This document shows, in pieces, positions 39,300-52,617 of a stretch of 64,000 nt of DNA. Below the pieces are notes generated by a model. The model had not been told where the DNA came from, did not search any database, and worked only from the letters and a program-made list of their open reading frames with translations. The DNA comes from Octopus bimaculoides. Its lineage: Eukaryota. How positions within the stretch are numbered: position 1 is the stretch's first letter; every line of letters starts with the position of its first letter. Both the position numbers and the translations under genes were made by a program. The stretch covers positions 88,427,180 to 88,491,179 of the forward strand of contig NC_068990.1 of NCBI RefSeq assembly GCF_001194135.2. The letters are read 5' to 3'.

Positions 39300-39770
39300 G
39301 ATGCATGGTTACTCTTAAATACAAAGACCCTCCCAGGTGAAGAATGTATCCCCCAGCATAGACTATTCATTAATGATTTTAGACTCAAGGTCAGAAGGAT
39401 GCCAAGAAGCAGACCAATCCAGAAAAGAAGGATCTGGAAGCTAAAGAACCCTTCACATGGTCAGAAATTTAGGGACATCCTCATCAAGAAATTTGATGAG
39501 AGGGAGGAGGAGCTACAGACTTCAGACATAGATGGTAGCTGGAAATTCCTATGGGACAGCTTACTAAGTGTCACAGGCCAAGTCTGTGGATGGAACAAAG
39601 TCCCTTCCAGACCTGGAGTAATGTGGTGGTGGAATAATATGGTAGACAAAGATGAGGTCATTGCCACTTGTCTTTGAGGTAGCCTGTAGGAGGGTATCAT
39701 AAAAATGATCCTTCTGATCATTTGGTAGGCTCGCTCGTGGGGCGTAGGCAGAGATAATTGTAGCTGTGAT
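39300..39770. mobile_element. RTE LINE fragments joined in inverted orientation
   Basis: + strand linker RIWKLK...VCGWNKVPSRP..WWWN (to about 39647) abuts a - strand AP-endonuclease piece IISAYAP..SL...KDHFYDTL. Confidence 0.7.
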
Positions 39771-39771
39771 G

Positions 39772-39824
<53 letters not shown>

Positions 39825-40042
39825 CATACATATACATACAGGTTTATGTACATGCATCCATCCATCCAGCCATACCTACCTACATACATGCATGTTTGTA
39901 TGTATATATTTGTACCTGTATAAAAATTTTCTTTAATTTGGTTCACTTAATATCTTTTCTTGTAATATTATCATCATTTGCTTGTTCTCACCCTCCTCCT
40001 AACATACACATACCAGTTATCAGTTTCTGTTATTTATTTCAG

Positions 40043-40213
40043 TTTTCCTGGCTGTTGACTGTGGACCTCCAAAAGATGTAGTTGGTGCATTGAAATCCTA
40101 TAAAACTACCACCTTTAAATCTGAAGTGATGTACACTTGTGAAAATGGAGACCAACTTAAGTCAACTTGTGAAAAGAACAACAGATGGTCTCCTGTAGAG
40201 AATGCTTGTAACG
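40043..40213 (+). CDS. Exon S9: Sushi/CCP domain
   Basis: tttcag|TTTTCC ... AACG|gtaaca; 171 nt; DCGPPKDVVGAL...YTCENGDQLKSTCEKNNRWSPVENACN. Confidence 0.88.
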
Positions 40214-40949
40214 GTAACATAAATAGAGTCCCTCTTGTTGTCTATGTAATTTTGTTATACGTTTGTATTAATAGACACATCTGAAATTTGACTAGTGACT
40301 GTCATTGCTGTCGCTGCCACCATCTGTGGTTGTTTTCAGCATAAGAGGCAGAGAGAAATAGGTTTACTAAGAAATATAAGAGGGGGAGAAATCTCTCTCA
40401 AGGGGAGAGAATTGCAGTGAAGAGATTTTATTTTTTATATACTTATTTTATTATGCGAGTAGATATTTCTATATAATTCACTCTTTTTATTTTTTATATT
40501 TTGGTTGTTCTAGTAGCTGCAAGTAGATGCAGATAAATTCATTCCACTCTGATTTGGAGCTTGACAATGCACTACAGCGTGGGATAAAACTACATGGTCA
40601 TTTAAAACATTTAGGAACTATGTAAACTATCGACTTATCTATTTTTTTGTTTGTTTTAAATAGTGGAGAAAAGTGGTGAGAGAGTGAGGGCATTAAAAGC
40701 CCCTGAGTCACAATTGAGATTAACATTATACAAAGTACAATCGATATGTTCTATTTTTTTGCTTTTAACAGTGGAGGAGAGCTTAATTGATAGAGAAAGT
40801 GTTAATGTTATCAATAAAAGACTATTAAAATGGCTTTAAAAAAAAACATTCACCCAAAGAGAGTTCCAGAAAACCAGGGTTTTTCAAAAATCAAGAGGAG
40901 TGATCCCCACTGTTCCCTTTTTTCCAGCCAACATGCCTGTGCTGAAAGT

Positions 40950-42155
40950 AATGTGTGTGAATGTGCATGGCCTGGGGCCAGTTTAGAAGCAATTTTGCTT
41001 GCTCAACAATCTCAGGTCATTTGATTTAAATGTGAATAGAATCAGTGAGACAAGTATTTCTGGAAAGCATGCTTTTGCATCTGTTTTCAAAGATTACAAG
41101 ATATTCTCATCTTATGGTCTGTCAAGAGTGGGCAGCGGTGTAATAATGTTATTCCAGAAATCTTGGCAATCTTGGAAGTGGATGTCCAAGACACGAATAG
41201 CAGTGTAGTTGATGCCTTTATACTGGTGCCCGTTTATGCTTTAGCTGGTGCTGGAAGGCCAGATTTCTTCAGGCATCTAGAAACATTTCTGGGAAAGTCT
41301 TGCACTTCAATACTAGTGATGGACTGAAGTAGTATTTTGGATACCCAGAAAGACTATGTTGGGTAAGTACATAGCAGAAGTGGGTGCAAAAACCTTAAAA
41401 GTCTGCTCGGAAACTTCATGCTGGCTGACATGTATTGACTGGATTCTCCTGATGTGCCTGTGTAGACATGAAGCAACCACAACAGGTCATCCAGACCATA
41501 TCAAAATAGAGTATTTGTTAGATCAGCAGACAGGGATAGAGTAGGTTGTCCACAATTTAAATTTGTCAGCTACCCAGACCACAAATTTGTGATCCGCACA
41601 GTCCATTTAGATAGGACACATAGAAAAATCCAGTTGCTGGAAGTTGAATGCATCTTTACTGACACAAAAAGACTACAGGGACCAGATTAGTGAGCTAGTT
41701 AAGTAGCAATTGACAGGGGCCGTCATCAATGACAGGGTGGTGGATTGCCCTGATGAGGCAACAAAAATCATGATCAGGTCTTAGACAGATCAGGACAGGC
41801 ATGTGTTTCTCATTTCTGAGCAGATGTGAGCAGCTTTCCAGTAGCACTTCATGCAGCTGTTTGGAGAGGGTGATAGGTTGATGTGGGTAGCGGACTTTTG
41901 CTTATATCTGGACAGCAGGCAATGAGCAATTGCATAAGTTGCAAATTACCTGGTTTGCACGGTCTGCCCTATGAATTCTGTGAGTTCATGCCAGATTAGT
42001 GACAGTCCCCTAAAGGGAATAATACTACTGTTGGTTAGACCTAGGAAGCTGCACCGCTTTATGTCGGCCTTGACACATTTCCTGTGTCCTTATGTTTACA
42101 AGGGGGAAACAAGCACCTCCACCCAGCTAAGCCTGCATCGAGAGATATGTTTCTG
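40950..42155 (+). mobile_element. Degenerate Tx1/L1-like LINE (AP endonuclease region plus scattered downstream pieces)
   Basis: aatgtgcatggcctg (NVHGL), ISET, GRPDFFRHLETFL, DHK, WKLNAS motifs across frameshifts. Confidence 0.6.
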
Positions 42156-42299
42156 AGTCTTTGCTTGTCATCAGTCTGGAGTAGCATGACCTGCTAGTCG
42201 AAGATGCCTGTCAAGCTCACCCTGCTCAAAAAGTCCCTGAACAAGGGTTAAGGAATTTGAACAAAACACCCATGTTTCCAGAGGTGAATTATCCAAACC

Positions 42300-42455
42300 C
42301 TAACCCCAAAGAATTCCTCTAAACACGTGTCTATGATGCTCCCCAACTACTTCTGCTCGTGATCAGAGATGCACATATTGTCTGCCACTAAGGAACATGC
42401 TCAACTGATTAAGATCAAGCAAATTTGTGATATTGAACAGAATATTTGCTGTAGC
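42300..42455 (-). mobile_element. Interspersed repeat copy; an inverted paralog lies at about 48660-48825
   Basis: Its reverse complement aligns by eye with tatagcaaatattctg...gacaatatgtgcatctctg..gagcagaagtagt at 48660-48825. Confidence 0.7.
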
Positions 42456-42588
42456 CCATCTTTTACACCAAGACAAAACATGCCCATATTATTATTATCA
42501 TTGTTGTTGTTGTTGTGATTGTTATTGTTGTTGTTGCTATAGTAATGGTTGTTGTTTTTCATTCATCTAAATTTTGCTCAAATTCCAG

Positions 42589-42828
42589 TTTCTGTATTAT
42601 ATTTTGTGAAAATAAAAAATGCATTGCTGGATGTATCCAAGAAAACATTGTTGAAGAAGAAAAATGTAACAGCAGATGCCTGTGCAGAAGAATGTGTGTC
42701 TGACAAAAGCTGTTTATCATTTGAAATAATAAAAAAAAGTGGAAAATGTTACTTATCAAAGAAAAGTGCAGCTACCTCTAAGAATATAAAAGTGACCAAA
42801 CACAGGGATTACTACCAACGAGTGAAAC
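42589..42828 (+). CDS. Exon A6: PAN/apple-like domain, class A
   Basis: ttccag|TTTCTG ... AAAC|gtaatt; 240 nt; CAEECVSDKSCLSFEIIKKSGKCYLS...RDYYQRV. Confidence 0.88.
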
Positions 42829-43163
42829 GTAATTATTATTTGTATTTTATTATAGGAATACTCTTTACCACTTTTTTTGTAAAATTTGTGGTTCCATTCA
42901 AAATTTATGATATATAGACACCTGTGAAGATTTGACAGTTTTACCTAAAGGACAACTGAAAAAACAAAGGCATATTAAGAACTGTAAATGGAATCTAAGT
43001 AATGAGACAAGATTTCAAATAAGTCTGAAGATGTTCTATATTTGACAAGAAGTCTGACTATGGAGTAATTTTGTGAATCTCTTATTTGTAATAAATTATC
43101 CATTTACATAATTATGTGTGAAAATGCTTTACAATATTTAATATATGAATGGTGTGTGCATGG

Positions 43164-43226
<63 letters not shown>

Positions 43227-43273
43227 GATGGTTGGATAAATATAAAATGTATTTCTTTCCTATTTTTGGTCAG

Positions 43274-43498
43274 ATGATGGGAAACATATTAAATTTATAA
43301 AAGTTACATTACAAAGAAGACATATTTTTGGACGGCTTAAGGATAAGGACTTAAAGGAGTGTAATCAAGCTTGCCATGACTTTCCAGGATGTATTTCTTA
43401 TGAATACCGTGCGAAAGATAAGTACTGTGACCTGAGTAATGAGACTCATGAACTTATACCCAAAGGTGTAGGTTGGGAAACTTACCTCATTAATAAAG
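43274..43498 (+). CDS. Exon B7: PAN/apple-like domain, class B (subtype a); absent from the ORF track
   Basis: ggtcag|ATGATG ... AAAG|gtcagt; 225 nt (in-frame 9-nt loss); CNQACHDFPGCISYEYRAKDKYCDLSNET...WETYLINK. Confidence 0.85.
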
Positions 43499-43629
43499 GT
43501 CAGTAGTATTTCCATCTTATTTATTGCATACATGTTTGTGTGTACTTATATACACATATAAGTATATATGTATATAATGTATTATATTTATCTATTTTCT
43601 CTCTCTCTCTTTCTCTCTGCATACACATA

Positions 43630-44090
43630 TATATATATATCCTCATCATCATCATCGTTTAACATCTGTTTTCTATGCTGGCATGGGTTGGACAATTTGA
43701 TTGGGGAGTGGTAAGCCAGGAGGCCACACAAGGCTCCAATCTGATCTGTCAATGTTTCTACAGCTGGATGCCCTTCTTAATGCCAACCACTCCGAGAGTG
43801 TAGTGGGTGCTTTTTACGTGCCACCGGCATGGGAACCAGTCAGGCAGCACTGGCATTAGCCGCATTTGGATGTTACCTCTTACATACCACCAGCACAGGA
43901 GCCAGTTGGGGCAGGGGTTGCTAGCATCGACCACATTCAGATGGTGCTTTTTATGTGTCACCAGCACGGGGAGCCAGTCAGGCAGCACTGGTAATGACCC
44001 ACACATGAATGGTGCTTATTGCATGCCACCAGCATGAGAGCCAGTCAGGTGGCACTGGTATCGGCCACAACTACAATTTCCATTTGATTG
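43630..44090 (-). mobile_element. RTE-family 3' UTR fragment
   Basis: catcatcatcgtttaac...tttctacagctggatgcccttc...gagagtgtagtgggtgc, as at 21640-21830. Confidence 0.75.
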
Positions 44091-44689
44091 TGATTTAATT
44101 TGATTTTGATTTACTTGACTCAGTAGGTACCAAACAGTGGGACTGAACACAGAACCATGTGGTTAGGAAAGAAACTTCTTACCACACAGCCATGCCTGCA
44201 TTTTAAAAATATTTAATCCATGGAGAGTATTCTTTATCCCTTCTTAAGAGCTGAATTCAGTCATGTTACTCCAGAGATTTCTTATTGACTAGTTCACACT
44301 CGCAGCAAAAAGAAGCATCTGGCAAAATTTATGTTAGCATGATTAAAAAGTAAAGTTTCCATCCATTTATTCATGTCAGCCCTTTAAAATTTAATTCTAA
44401 ATATTTGATATTTGAAAAAGGTTACATAAAAAAGTAAAATAGCTCCTAATCATTTTGTTAGAATAAAACTTCTATTCGTTTATAAAGATTATATCCCAGT
44501 AACATTTTTCATGCTTTCATTCACCCTCAAGATAACAAAAGAGTCAATTAGCTTAGTTTCCTCTCTATTTTCCCAACCTTTGCAATGAGAAGCTTTGCTG
44601 ATAAGAAGACTATTATCATTCTCAGAAAAGAGCAGCCAAAGCTTGAAATGAAAATCAGAATCAAAGTGGGTAGCAAAGAATATTATCAG

Positions 44690-45665
44690 TATTTTGATTC
44701 CAAGTATTATGAACAGTATGAGTGAGTGATGGGATGTCCCATTCTGTACAAATTTTTCTGTTTCTCATGTCTCTTATTTTGTCAGCATAAGAACACATGG
44801 ACAACTACTGGCTACTGCAATTTGTACAGTTTGATTAGAGCTTTGACAAAACACAAAAAAATTCAGAACCATCAGAATTCCATAAATGCTCTGAAATCTT
44901 TGGCTCACAGTGAATTAATACAGCAATTGATCACTGACAAGCAGCTTTGATTCAGTTCCATAATAGATCTTGTGAGAAGAATCACATATTCAAAAGGTTC
45001 ATTCATTGAACTGAAATTTTGGCCTCTCAAGAATTACCATTTATAGGACACAAGGAAACAGAAGAATCAGACAATGAGGGTAATTTTCTGGCTATATATG
45101 AAACTGTAGCAGAATACAATGGTTGTTTAAGATCACATTTAGATTTCATGAAGAAAACTGAACTGCATATTTTATGAACTTCCAAGTGATACTCAAAACA
45201 AGATCATTTTATTGTATTGCTGGTATAAGTGAGGGTGAAATTGAGGTAATGATAAAATAAAAACAGCATTTGTTGCTGTTACGGTTGATGAGACTATGGT
45301 CCTTCAAATGAAATCTCAATTGTCACACATTTTGTGATTTGTTGATAAGAAGGAAAAGCATCAAGAAAAGTTTTTGAGATACATCAATGTCAGTAAAGAC
45401 AGAGAAGCTGCATTGCTGACAGAAGTTTGAAAATTTCATAATGAATTCAACTGAGGCCGAAAATTCATCGCACAAATTTATTATGGATGGAACATAATGG
45501 CTGGGCTTTTGAACAGAGTGAAAACTAAAATAAAGGAGATTTTTGGTGCAAATGTTTCATATTTGTATATTTACACATTCACTTAATTTGGTATTCCCTC
45601 TATCAGCTTCAAATCTTCATGAATGTCAAATTTTCTTCTAAACTTTAACAGGACTTTCAACTTTT
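44690..45665 (+). mobile_element. hAT-superfamily DNA transposase remnant
   Basis: VAVTVDET at 45272-45295, then decayed QLS.IL.FV...E.FL..I.VS.DR.A and H.LNLV motifs typical of hAT transposases. Confidence 0.6.
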
Positions 45666-45672
45666 TCTCAGT

Positions 45673-46455
45673 TGATCTGGAGAAGACATTTGATAGGATT
45701 CCAAGGAAGGTGACTGAGTGAGCATTGACAAAGAGAGGTGTACTAGAGGTAATAGTGAGGGCAGTGATGAGTTTGTATGAGGGGGTAAAGACAAGAGTCA
45801 GAATTGGATCAGAGCTGTCGGAGGAGTTTGCGGTGAAAGTTGGTGCGCATCAGGGATCTGTTTGTGGTGATGGAGAGTGCAAGAGAGGGGTTGATAATGG
45901 AGATACTGTATGCAGATGACCTTGTTCTGATGAGAGATGATGGAGGGATGGAAGGAGGCATTTGAAAACAAGGGTTTGAAGGTAAACCTCGGGAAGACAA
46001 AGGTAATGGTGAGCAGAGAGGAAGAAATGTTAGTAAGTAAGGTGGATCCATGTGGTGTGTGGGGGGAGGAGGGTAATGGCAAATGCAGTGTTGTGTATGA
46101 GATGTGAGAAATGGATTCATGGTAGATGTACAAAAATGAAGAAGGTGACCCCAAGACTGGCGAGAGAGTTTGTTTGTGGAAGATGTAAGAAAGGTGTTGG
46201 AGGGCTCGCAAAACTAGTGGAAATGCTATGTGATGAGGTGGAAACGGTAAGAGGGTTTTGTTACTTGGGAGATAGGGTGGATGTAAGAGGTAAATGTGAA
46301 GCAGCTGTGACAGCAAGAGCGAGACTTGACTGGGTGAAGTTCAGGGAATGTGGAGCATTGTTATATGGAAAAAGGTCCTCATTAAAGATGAAAGGAAGGG
46401 TCTATAAGAGTTGTGTGAAAGTTGCAATGTTGTATGGGAGTGAGACATGGTATCT
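45673..46455 (+). mobile_element. RTE-clade LINE reverse transcriptase fragment with Cys-rich finger
   Basis: DLEK.FDRIP, VGAHQGSV, YADDLVL, KGLKVNLGKTKVMV, C..C...C..C..WIHGRC, GFCYLGD, MLYGSETW. Confidence 0.85.
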
Positions 46456-47708
46456 GAGAGAGAGAGAGAGAGAGAGAGATATGGTAATTTTGAATATTTA
46501 ACATCAGATTTAAGGGAAGGTTGAACCTGAATATATACATAAATCATAAAAACCCTCACTGGTAAAGAGACTAGGAATTAGGGATCGACTTAACTGTGAT
46601 TGCTCAGCCATTAGTTATCTTCAAGATGCAAGATTTCCTAATCTTGTTGAAACTTTGTCCTTGATTTGCTAGGTGAGAGCCGAGTTGTGTTTTCTTCAGA
46701 TGCCATGAGGGATCAGGTTGATACCTAACATTAAACTGCCTAAATGAAGAAAAAAGTGTGAACCCAAGGAATCTTGAGATGATGTTCTACTTGGAAGTCT
46801 ACTCTCCTGCAAACTGGTTGGTTGAACAAAAGTGGTGTCCATGTTAAGATTGCATGTCCCAACTGTGGTTCACTTATGAGAGTGAACTGATAATTTAGTG
46901 AAAAGGGTTCAAATCCTAGGGCTCACTGCAATATCAAGAACAGTAAGTTTGAAGAATTCTACTGCCAGGTTCTGGATGGTGTTGCTGAACTATCAGAGAA
47001 GTGTGGTTAATGTCAAACATTCAAGAACTCACAGACATAATATTGGCGCTTGAAGTAAATTAGTTTCTGGTGAAAGTAATAAAATTTTCATGTCTGATTC
47101 TAACCTTACCTGTCACATCTGCTTCCTGAGAGAAATTGCTTTCTTCATTAAAGTGAGTAAATAATTACGTGAGGTGTTCTCAAAGTGAAGAAGAGAGATT
47201 AAGTAATTTGGTCTTCGTTTCTATGAATAAAAGAACTTTTGAAGAAGATGAAGGTAGACTGTGGTGCTGATACATTTTATATCAAAGTGATCAATGAATC
47301 TACCAAAAAATATCAAGAAGTGAACTGATTTACAAATAGATTTTAAGGAGCTCATTGTTTGTAGGTTCTATTATTTTCTCAGATTTCTGTCCTAAACAAT
47401 AATGGTCATCATGGCAAGCCTATCACCAGAATATTGCTAATGGGGGAAAACATGTCCAGCAGAGAGGAGTATCAAGCCCAACGTGTAGCCTGTTGGTGGA
47501 AGTACATTTGTTCATCTTAAAATTAGTTCATATCACATTCACTGATGGACTGGAGGGTTGGATAGGTTTTGGTGAGTGGAAGAGTAAGTCTCCACTTCCC
47601 CACTTTCTGCCTTGGTATTAGCTTGTATTATAGACTGCACACCCTGATTTCTAAGTTACCCTTTTTCACTGGCTCACAATTGATAACAATTTCTCCTTTC
47701 AATTCCAG

Positions 47709-47879
47709 TTTTCTCAAAAGTTGACTGTGGACCACCAAAAGACATTGCTATTGCATCAAAATCCTACAATACTACTTCCTATAAATCTGAAGTGACCTAT
47801 TCTTGTCCAGGAGGACATGAATTAAAGGCAATATGTAATGAATACCATAAATGGGCTCCAGAAGTTACTGCTTGTAACG
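47709..47879 (+). CDS. Exon S10: Sushi/CCP domain
   Basis: ttccag|TTTTCT ... AACG|gtaatc; 171 nt; DCGPPKDIAIAS...YSCPGGHELKAICNEYHKWAPEVTACN. Confidence 0.88.
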
Positions 47880-50249
47880 GTAATCTAAATAGGTTGCTTT
47901 TTTTTTTCTCTGTCACAGTAATTTTGTTTTATTTATGTGTTAAATGTCTTTGTCAGAGGAAGTCTAGCCGAGTTCATAAAAACTTCCGTTTTATTTGTGG
48001 TTGGTGGAAGGGAGAGAAAAGGCTATCCTCACACCAGAGACTTTCCCAAATGCTTGCGACAGAGTGGACTTCATTAAATCTACCCAAGGGCCAGGTAATT
48101 ATATTGATTTGGTTGATGGATTAAGTCTTCCTGTGAAGCACAGGATGCATGAGAGCATGGAAGAACAGGAGCATGTTTTTTTTCCAGCGGGCTTCCACAT
48201 AGTTTTCATTCACCAAATTTTATCCACAAGATGTAGTTTACAGTTGTAAGGCAAATTTTTATCCTCACAGCCAAAATACCACCCAATACCTCATTATTAA
48301 GTAAACTTATTAACTCCACAATTATACCTTGGCTCATCTTTATAGTTTTCTTCTTAATTTCTAACTTGACCATTCTCATACATACTTTATGTCATCATCT
48401 AAAATTCTGTGCAATGCAATTCATTGAGTCCTTCATTACTAGAATTCAACAATAACATTGTGTAACAAATTTTCAATTATTTTTTGTCTTTGGTTTGTAA
48501 ACGCTATTTCTTATTTGCTTCTGTCTAGAAATCAAAGGAAATGACAAATATTCCCTTCAAGCTTTGCTTTTGTGACCGGTATATCAATGTTTTGACACAA
48601 CTATTTTCAACTATGTATTCATACAGATTCAACACTGAGTTGCTGAAGCAGAAATATTGTTATAGCAAATATTCTGCTCAATACCACAGAGTTGCTCATC
48701 ATTTGCTTGACCTTAATCACTGAACATATCCCTCAGTGGCTGACAATATGTGCATCTCTGGTCATGAGCAGAAGTAGTGGGGGACCATCATAGCCATGTG
48801 CTGAAAGGGATTCTTTAGGGTTTAAATAAATGTAACAAAAGTGAAGTTTGAAGGAGATATTAACCATTTTTCATACTTTCTAGGAGTAAGCAAACAGAAA
48901 ATAACAGTTACTACCCAAGGACAAAATTTGTGTTACACAATGTAATCTGAGTATCTTCCATTTCACTCTTCTAAATTATAATAATAAAAATAATAGTGGT
49001 TGTTTCTAATTTGGGGGAAAAAATCAGTTTATGAAAGTAAGGATCTAGTCAATATCATCAATTTCATTACTTGACTGTCAGTTTGTTATTGAACCCCACA
49101 ATATTAACAGGCAAAGTTTCCAGTAGGTGGATTTGTGAAGCATTTTTTCGAAAGCTGTAACTAGTATACATTTATACATTTAAAGCAAAGACGAGAATGA
49201 TGATGCAATCCTTTTGAATGTCACAGCATATCTATCTAGAGCCATTTCAAGAACTCCACCATCACTCTGTATTCCAAGGACATGTATCCTCTCCAATTAT
49301 TGTTATCTGATGTTTAGGTTTATGCATTATGGGCCCCAAACATTTTCACTATTTTTGCCACTCTCACATCACTTTCAATAATTTTGAGGAGAGTATCATC
49401 CTCTTCATTCTCACCTTTATAAGTAAAACTTTAAATATGCAGTTGAAGGATTGACCAAGATAGAAAGTTCCCATTGTCAGACCTTTAAACCTCATCCACA
49501 ACACAGCCTCTTTTGCTATAGCCACTGGACAGAGGAAAACTGCCTTCTCTGGTCAGTAAAAGGAGGGTGTGGAGCAATCATTATGATGAACTTGAATAAC
49601 AGCTGGATCTGTCCCTCACACAATAGCAGCAGGTTGACATAACGTTGTAATTCAATAATGCCTAGACACTGAACAAGTACATGTAGAATTATTTTCTTGC
49701 TTAGTGTACTTCTTGGACATCACTGTCTGATGGCAGTTTTATGACTGGATTTTTTTTCTTGGTTTCAGAGAGCCATTTGACAGCACTGCCAAGGACTCCA
49801 GGAAGTCACCCTTAGTATTCCTTAACCAAAGACCTTTCTGAAACAAACTTGCCACCTCATTCACATCAAAACCCAGAGTATCCCTGAGATTGTTAGTGTT
49901 CTCACCTCTCCACTAATTTTCTATAGACTACTAGAGTGTAACACCTATCAATTCCATTGCCCAAGTCAGGTTTGATCCACTATACTTTGAATTGCATTAG
50001 ATAATCTGGCCTTCCCTTTTTATGATAGTGATGTGTGATTAAGAGAAATTTTGTTATCGCATTGACCCACAGTTGCTCAAGCTCAGCATAGACCACATTA
50101 ATTGCACGAGTGTAAAATGGAGGATAGCCTAGGAATTTCATAACATAACTGCTTCTGACATGGCCAAATTATTAATAAAAAATAAAAATACCCCCACATT
50201 TTAATAAGCTGTATATTCATTATTTAGGCACAAGAGCAAGCATAATTAG

Positions 50250-50471
50250 CCCTTTTGATACCAACCCAGCTGAAACTGCTTCAGGCTCTGTAAGACAAAT
50301 GTCTTGTTTTCAAAAGTTCTGAATTAAAATCTTCCATCAAACCTTAGTCACAATTTATGTTCCTAACACTAACTTAATGATAACTAAGTTATTTTACTAA
50401 ATTCTTTGTTATATTTAAAATTAACTGAAAGAAACATAGAGCATCTCAACAGAAATATGGTAACAAAAGGG
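50250..50471. mobile_element. piggyBac-type MITE (about 222 bp)
   Basis: TIRs cccttttgatacc / ggtaacaaaaggg (12/13 match), flanked by ttag and ttaa. Paralogous introns (about 6365, 11980) show the empty site cataattagagaaagcaatg. Confidence 0.75.
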
Positions 50472-51302
50472 TTAAAGAAGCAATGACATTGTGCAATATT
50501 CATGTCTTTCTCAAGGGCAGTAACAGTTTATATAAAGTGAACTAACTGAAACTGAGAATCAAACCCAAATCATTGACTCACACCACTTTGTCCACATTTG
50601 TACTAAAAGAAAAACTGGAAAAGAACAGTCAGGGTCACTTCCTGCATGGAAAACATATAGGAAAATGACTTCTTATTGAACCAAGTTATTATCACTAATT
50701 AAAATTACACCCTCAATGGCTGGTAAAATCATTATGTTAATGATATGTTCAAGTTGTTTAATTCAGAAGACACATCATCATGAAGATAAAAGTGATGGGT
50801 TTTAGTTCTTGCCATGACTGGTCACATTTTTTCACATGCTTTTACATTCAGGATTCAAATCCCATCTGGGTGTACTTCACCCTTCATATTTGTGATTGAT
50901 TAAACAACCACTATTCAAGTACTGAGGTCAGTTTATTTTCATGTAACCCTGCTGCAGAATATGTGGCCTTGTGTTTACATTAGAAGCTATTATCATAAAT
51001 ATTGGTAACGTCAACAATAATTATGATTATTTTTCTTGTTAATAGTGATGGCTTGAGTGAATCAACAGAGCATCAGACAAAATTTGTTGTGGTATTTGTT
51101 CTAGCTCTTTAACTTCTTTGTTAAAATTTGGCTTTTGTGAACTTTGGCTTTCCAGGGACAGTAAAATAAAATACCAGTCAAGTGTAAAGGCCAATTTAAT
51201 TGGCCATTTCTGATCTCAAAGATTTGACCTACAGTCTATGTCAGAAATTATTATTTTTATTGTTGTTATTTTTCATTGGTCTAAATTTTACTTTAATTCC
51301 AG

Positions 51303-51542
51303 TTGCTGAGACCCATTTTGTGAAAGTAAAAAGTGCAGCTCTAGATGTACCCAAGAAAACATTATGGAATAAGGAAAATGTAACAGAAGAAGCTTGTGCA
51401 GAAAAATGCGTGTCTGACAAAAAGTGTTTATCATTTGAAATAATTAAAAAAAGTGGGAAATGTTACTTATCAAAGGAAAGTGCCGCTACCTCTAAGAAAA
51501 TGAAAGTAGACAATAGCAGAAATTATTATCAACTAGTAGAAC
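51303..51542 (+). CDS. Exon A7: PAN/apple-like domain, class A
   Basis: ttccag|TTGCTG ... GAAC|gtaatt; 240 nt; CAEKCVSDKKCLSFEIIKKSGKCYLS...RNYYQLV. Confidence 0.88.
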
Positions 51543-51924
51543 GTAATTATTCTTTGTGCTTTATTCTTGGAATTCTCTTTTCTTTTCTTTTCTGAAATTT
51601 GTGATTTCATTTGTACTTCATAGCATACAGATAACCATTTTTATAAAGACATTGACAGGTTAACTTTAAGGAGAGACAAACATCTGCTAAGAAAAAACTA
51701 ATATTAAGAATTGTAAATACTGTTAGGACATTCTCGATCCACATTTGTGCACTTGGAAAAATTGATGGCTGATTTCAATTGTATTTTTATATATGGAAAC
51801 TGCCTATTCTTAAACCTGTATAGTAGCAGTAGTCGTAGTAGTAGTAGTAACTCCAAATTTGGTACAAAGCCAGCAGTTTTGAGGGGACTGTTGTAATGTT
51901 TCCAGTTGTTTGTCATTTGCACAT

Positions 51925-52290
51925 TAGCATGCAGGATGAAATGCTTAGCGGTATTTTGCTCATCACTACGTTCTGAGTTCAAATTCTGCCGAAGTTGACT
52001 TTGTCTCTCATCCTTTCAGAGTTAATAAAATAAGTACCAGTGAAACACAGGGATCGATATAATTGACTATCCCCCTCCCCTAAAATTTCAGTCCTTTTGC
52101 TTTTAGCAGAAAGGATTATTATTATTATTATTTCATCTGTATTTATGTTCTGAGTTTAAAATCTGCCAAGGCTGTCTTTGCCTTTTATCCTTTTGGAATT
52201 GATGAAATATGTATCAGTTGAGCACTGTGGTTGATGTAATTGACATACCTCATTTACTCCAAAATTTCAGACTTTGTGTCATAGTAGAAA
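51925..52290 (+). mobile_element. Two tandem SINE copies
   Basis: Each has ttctgagtt(c/t)aaa (B-box-like), tttgcc/tctc..atcctt, a..tataag/taccag/tatcag and an (att)n tail. Confidence 0.65.
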
Positions 52291-52337
52291 GGTTTATTAC
52301 TATTTTGCTGCTGCTGCTACAACTGCTACTACAACTA

Positions 52338-52349
52338 CTGCTGCTACTC

Positions 52350-52395
<46 letters not shown>
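52338..52395. repeat. (ACT)n microsatellite
   Basis: Direct inspection. Confidence 0.9.
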
Positions 52396-52617
52396 GTTCT
52401 GTGTTTTAATGTTAGTTAATTATGTAGATGTACCATGTAACCCAAATATGAAAAAAAATATTAGAAACCTATCTGGTTCAATATTTTTTCTACATTCAAT
52501 TTATTATGTAAGCACAATCCATTCACAAAGCCATTTTTCAGCATAATATATCCTTTCCAAAATTCAATGTGTGTTGAGTATAAAATTTATTTCTTATTTT
52601 CTTTCTTTGTTTTTTAG

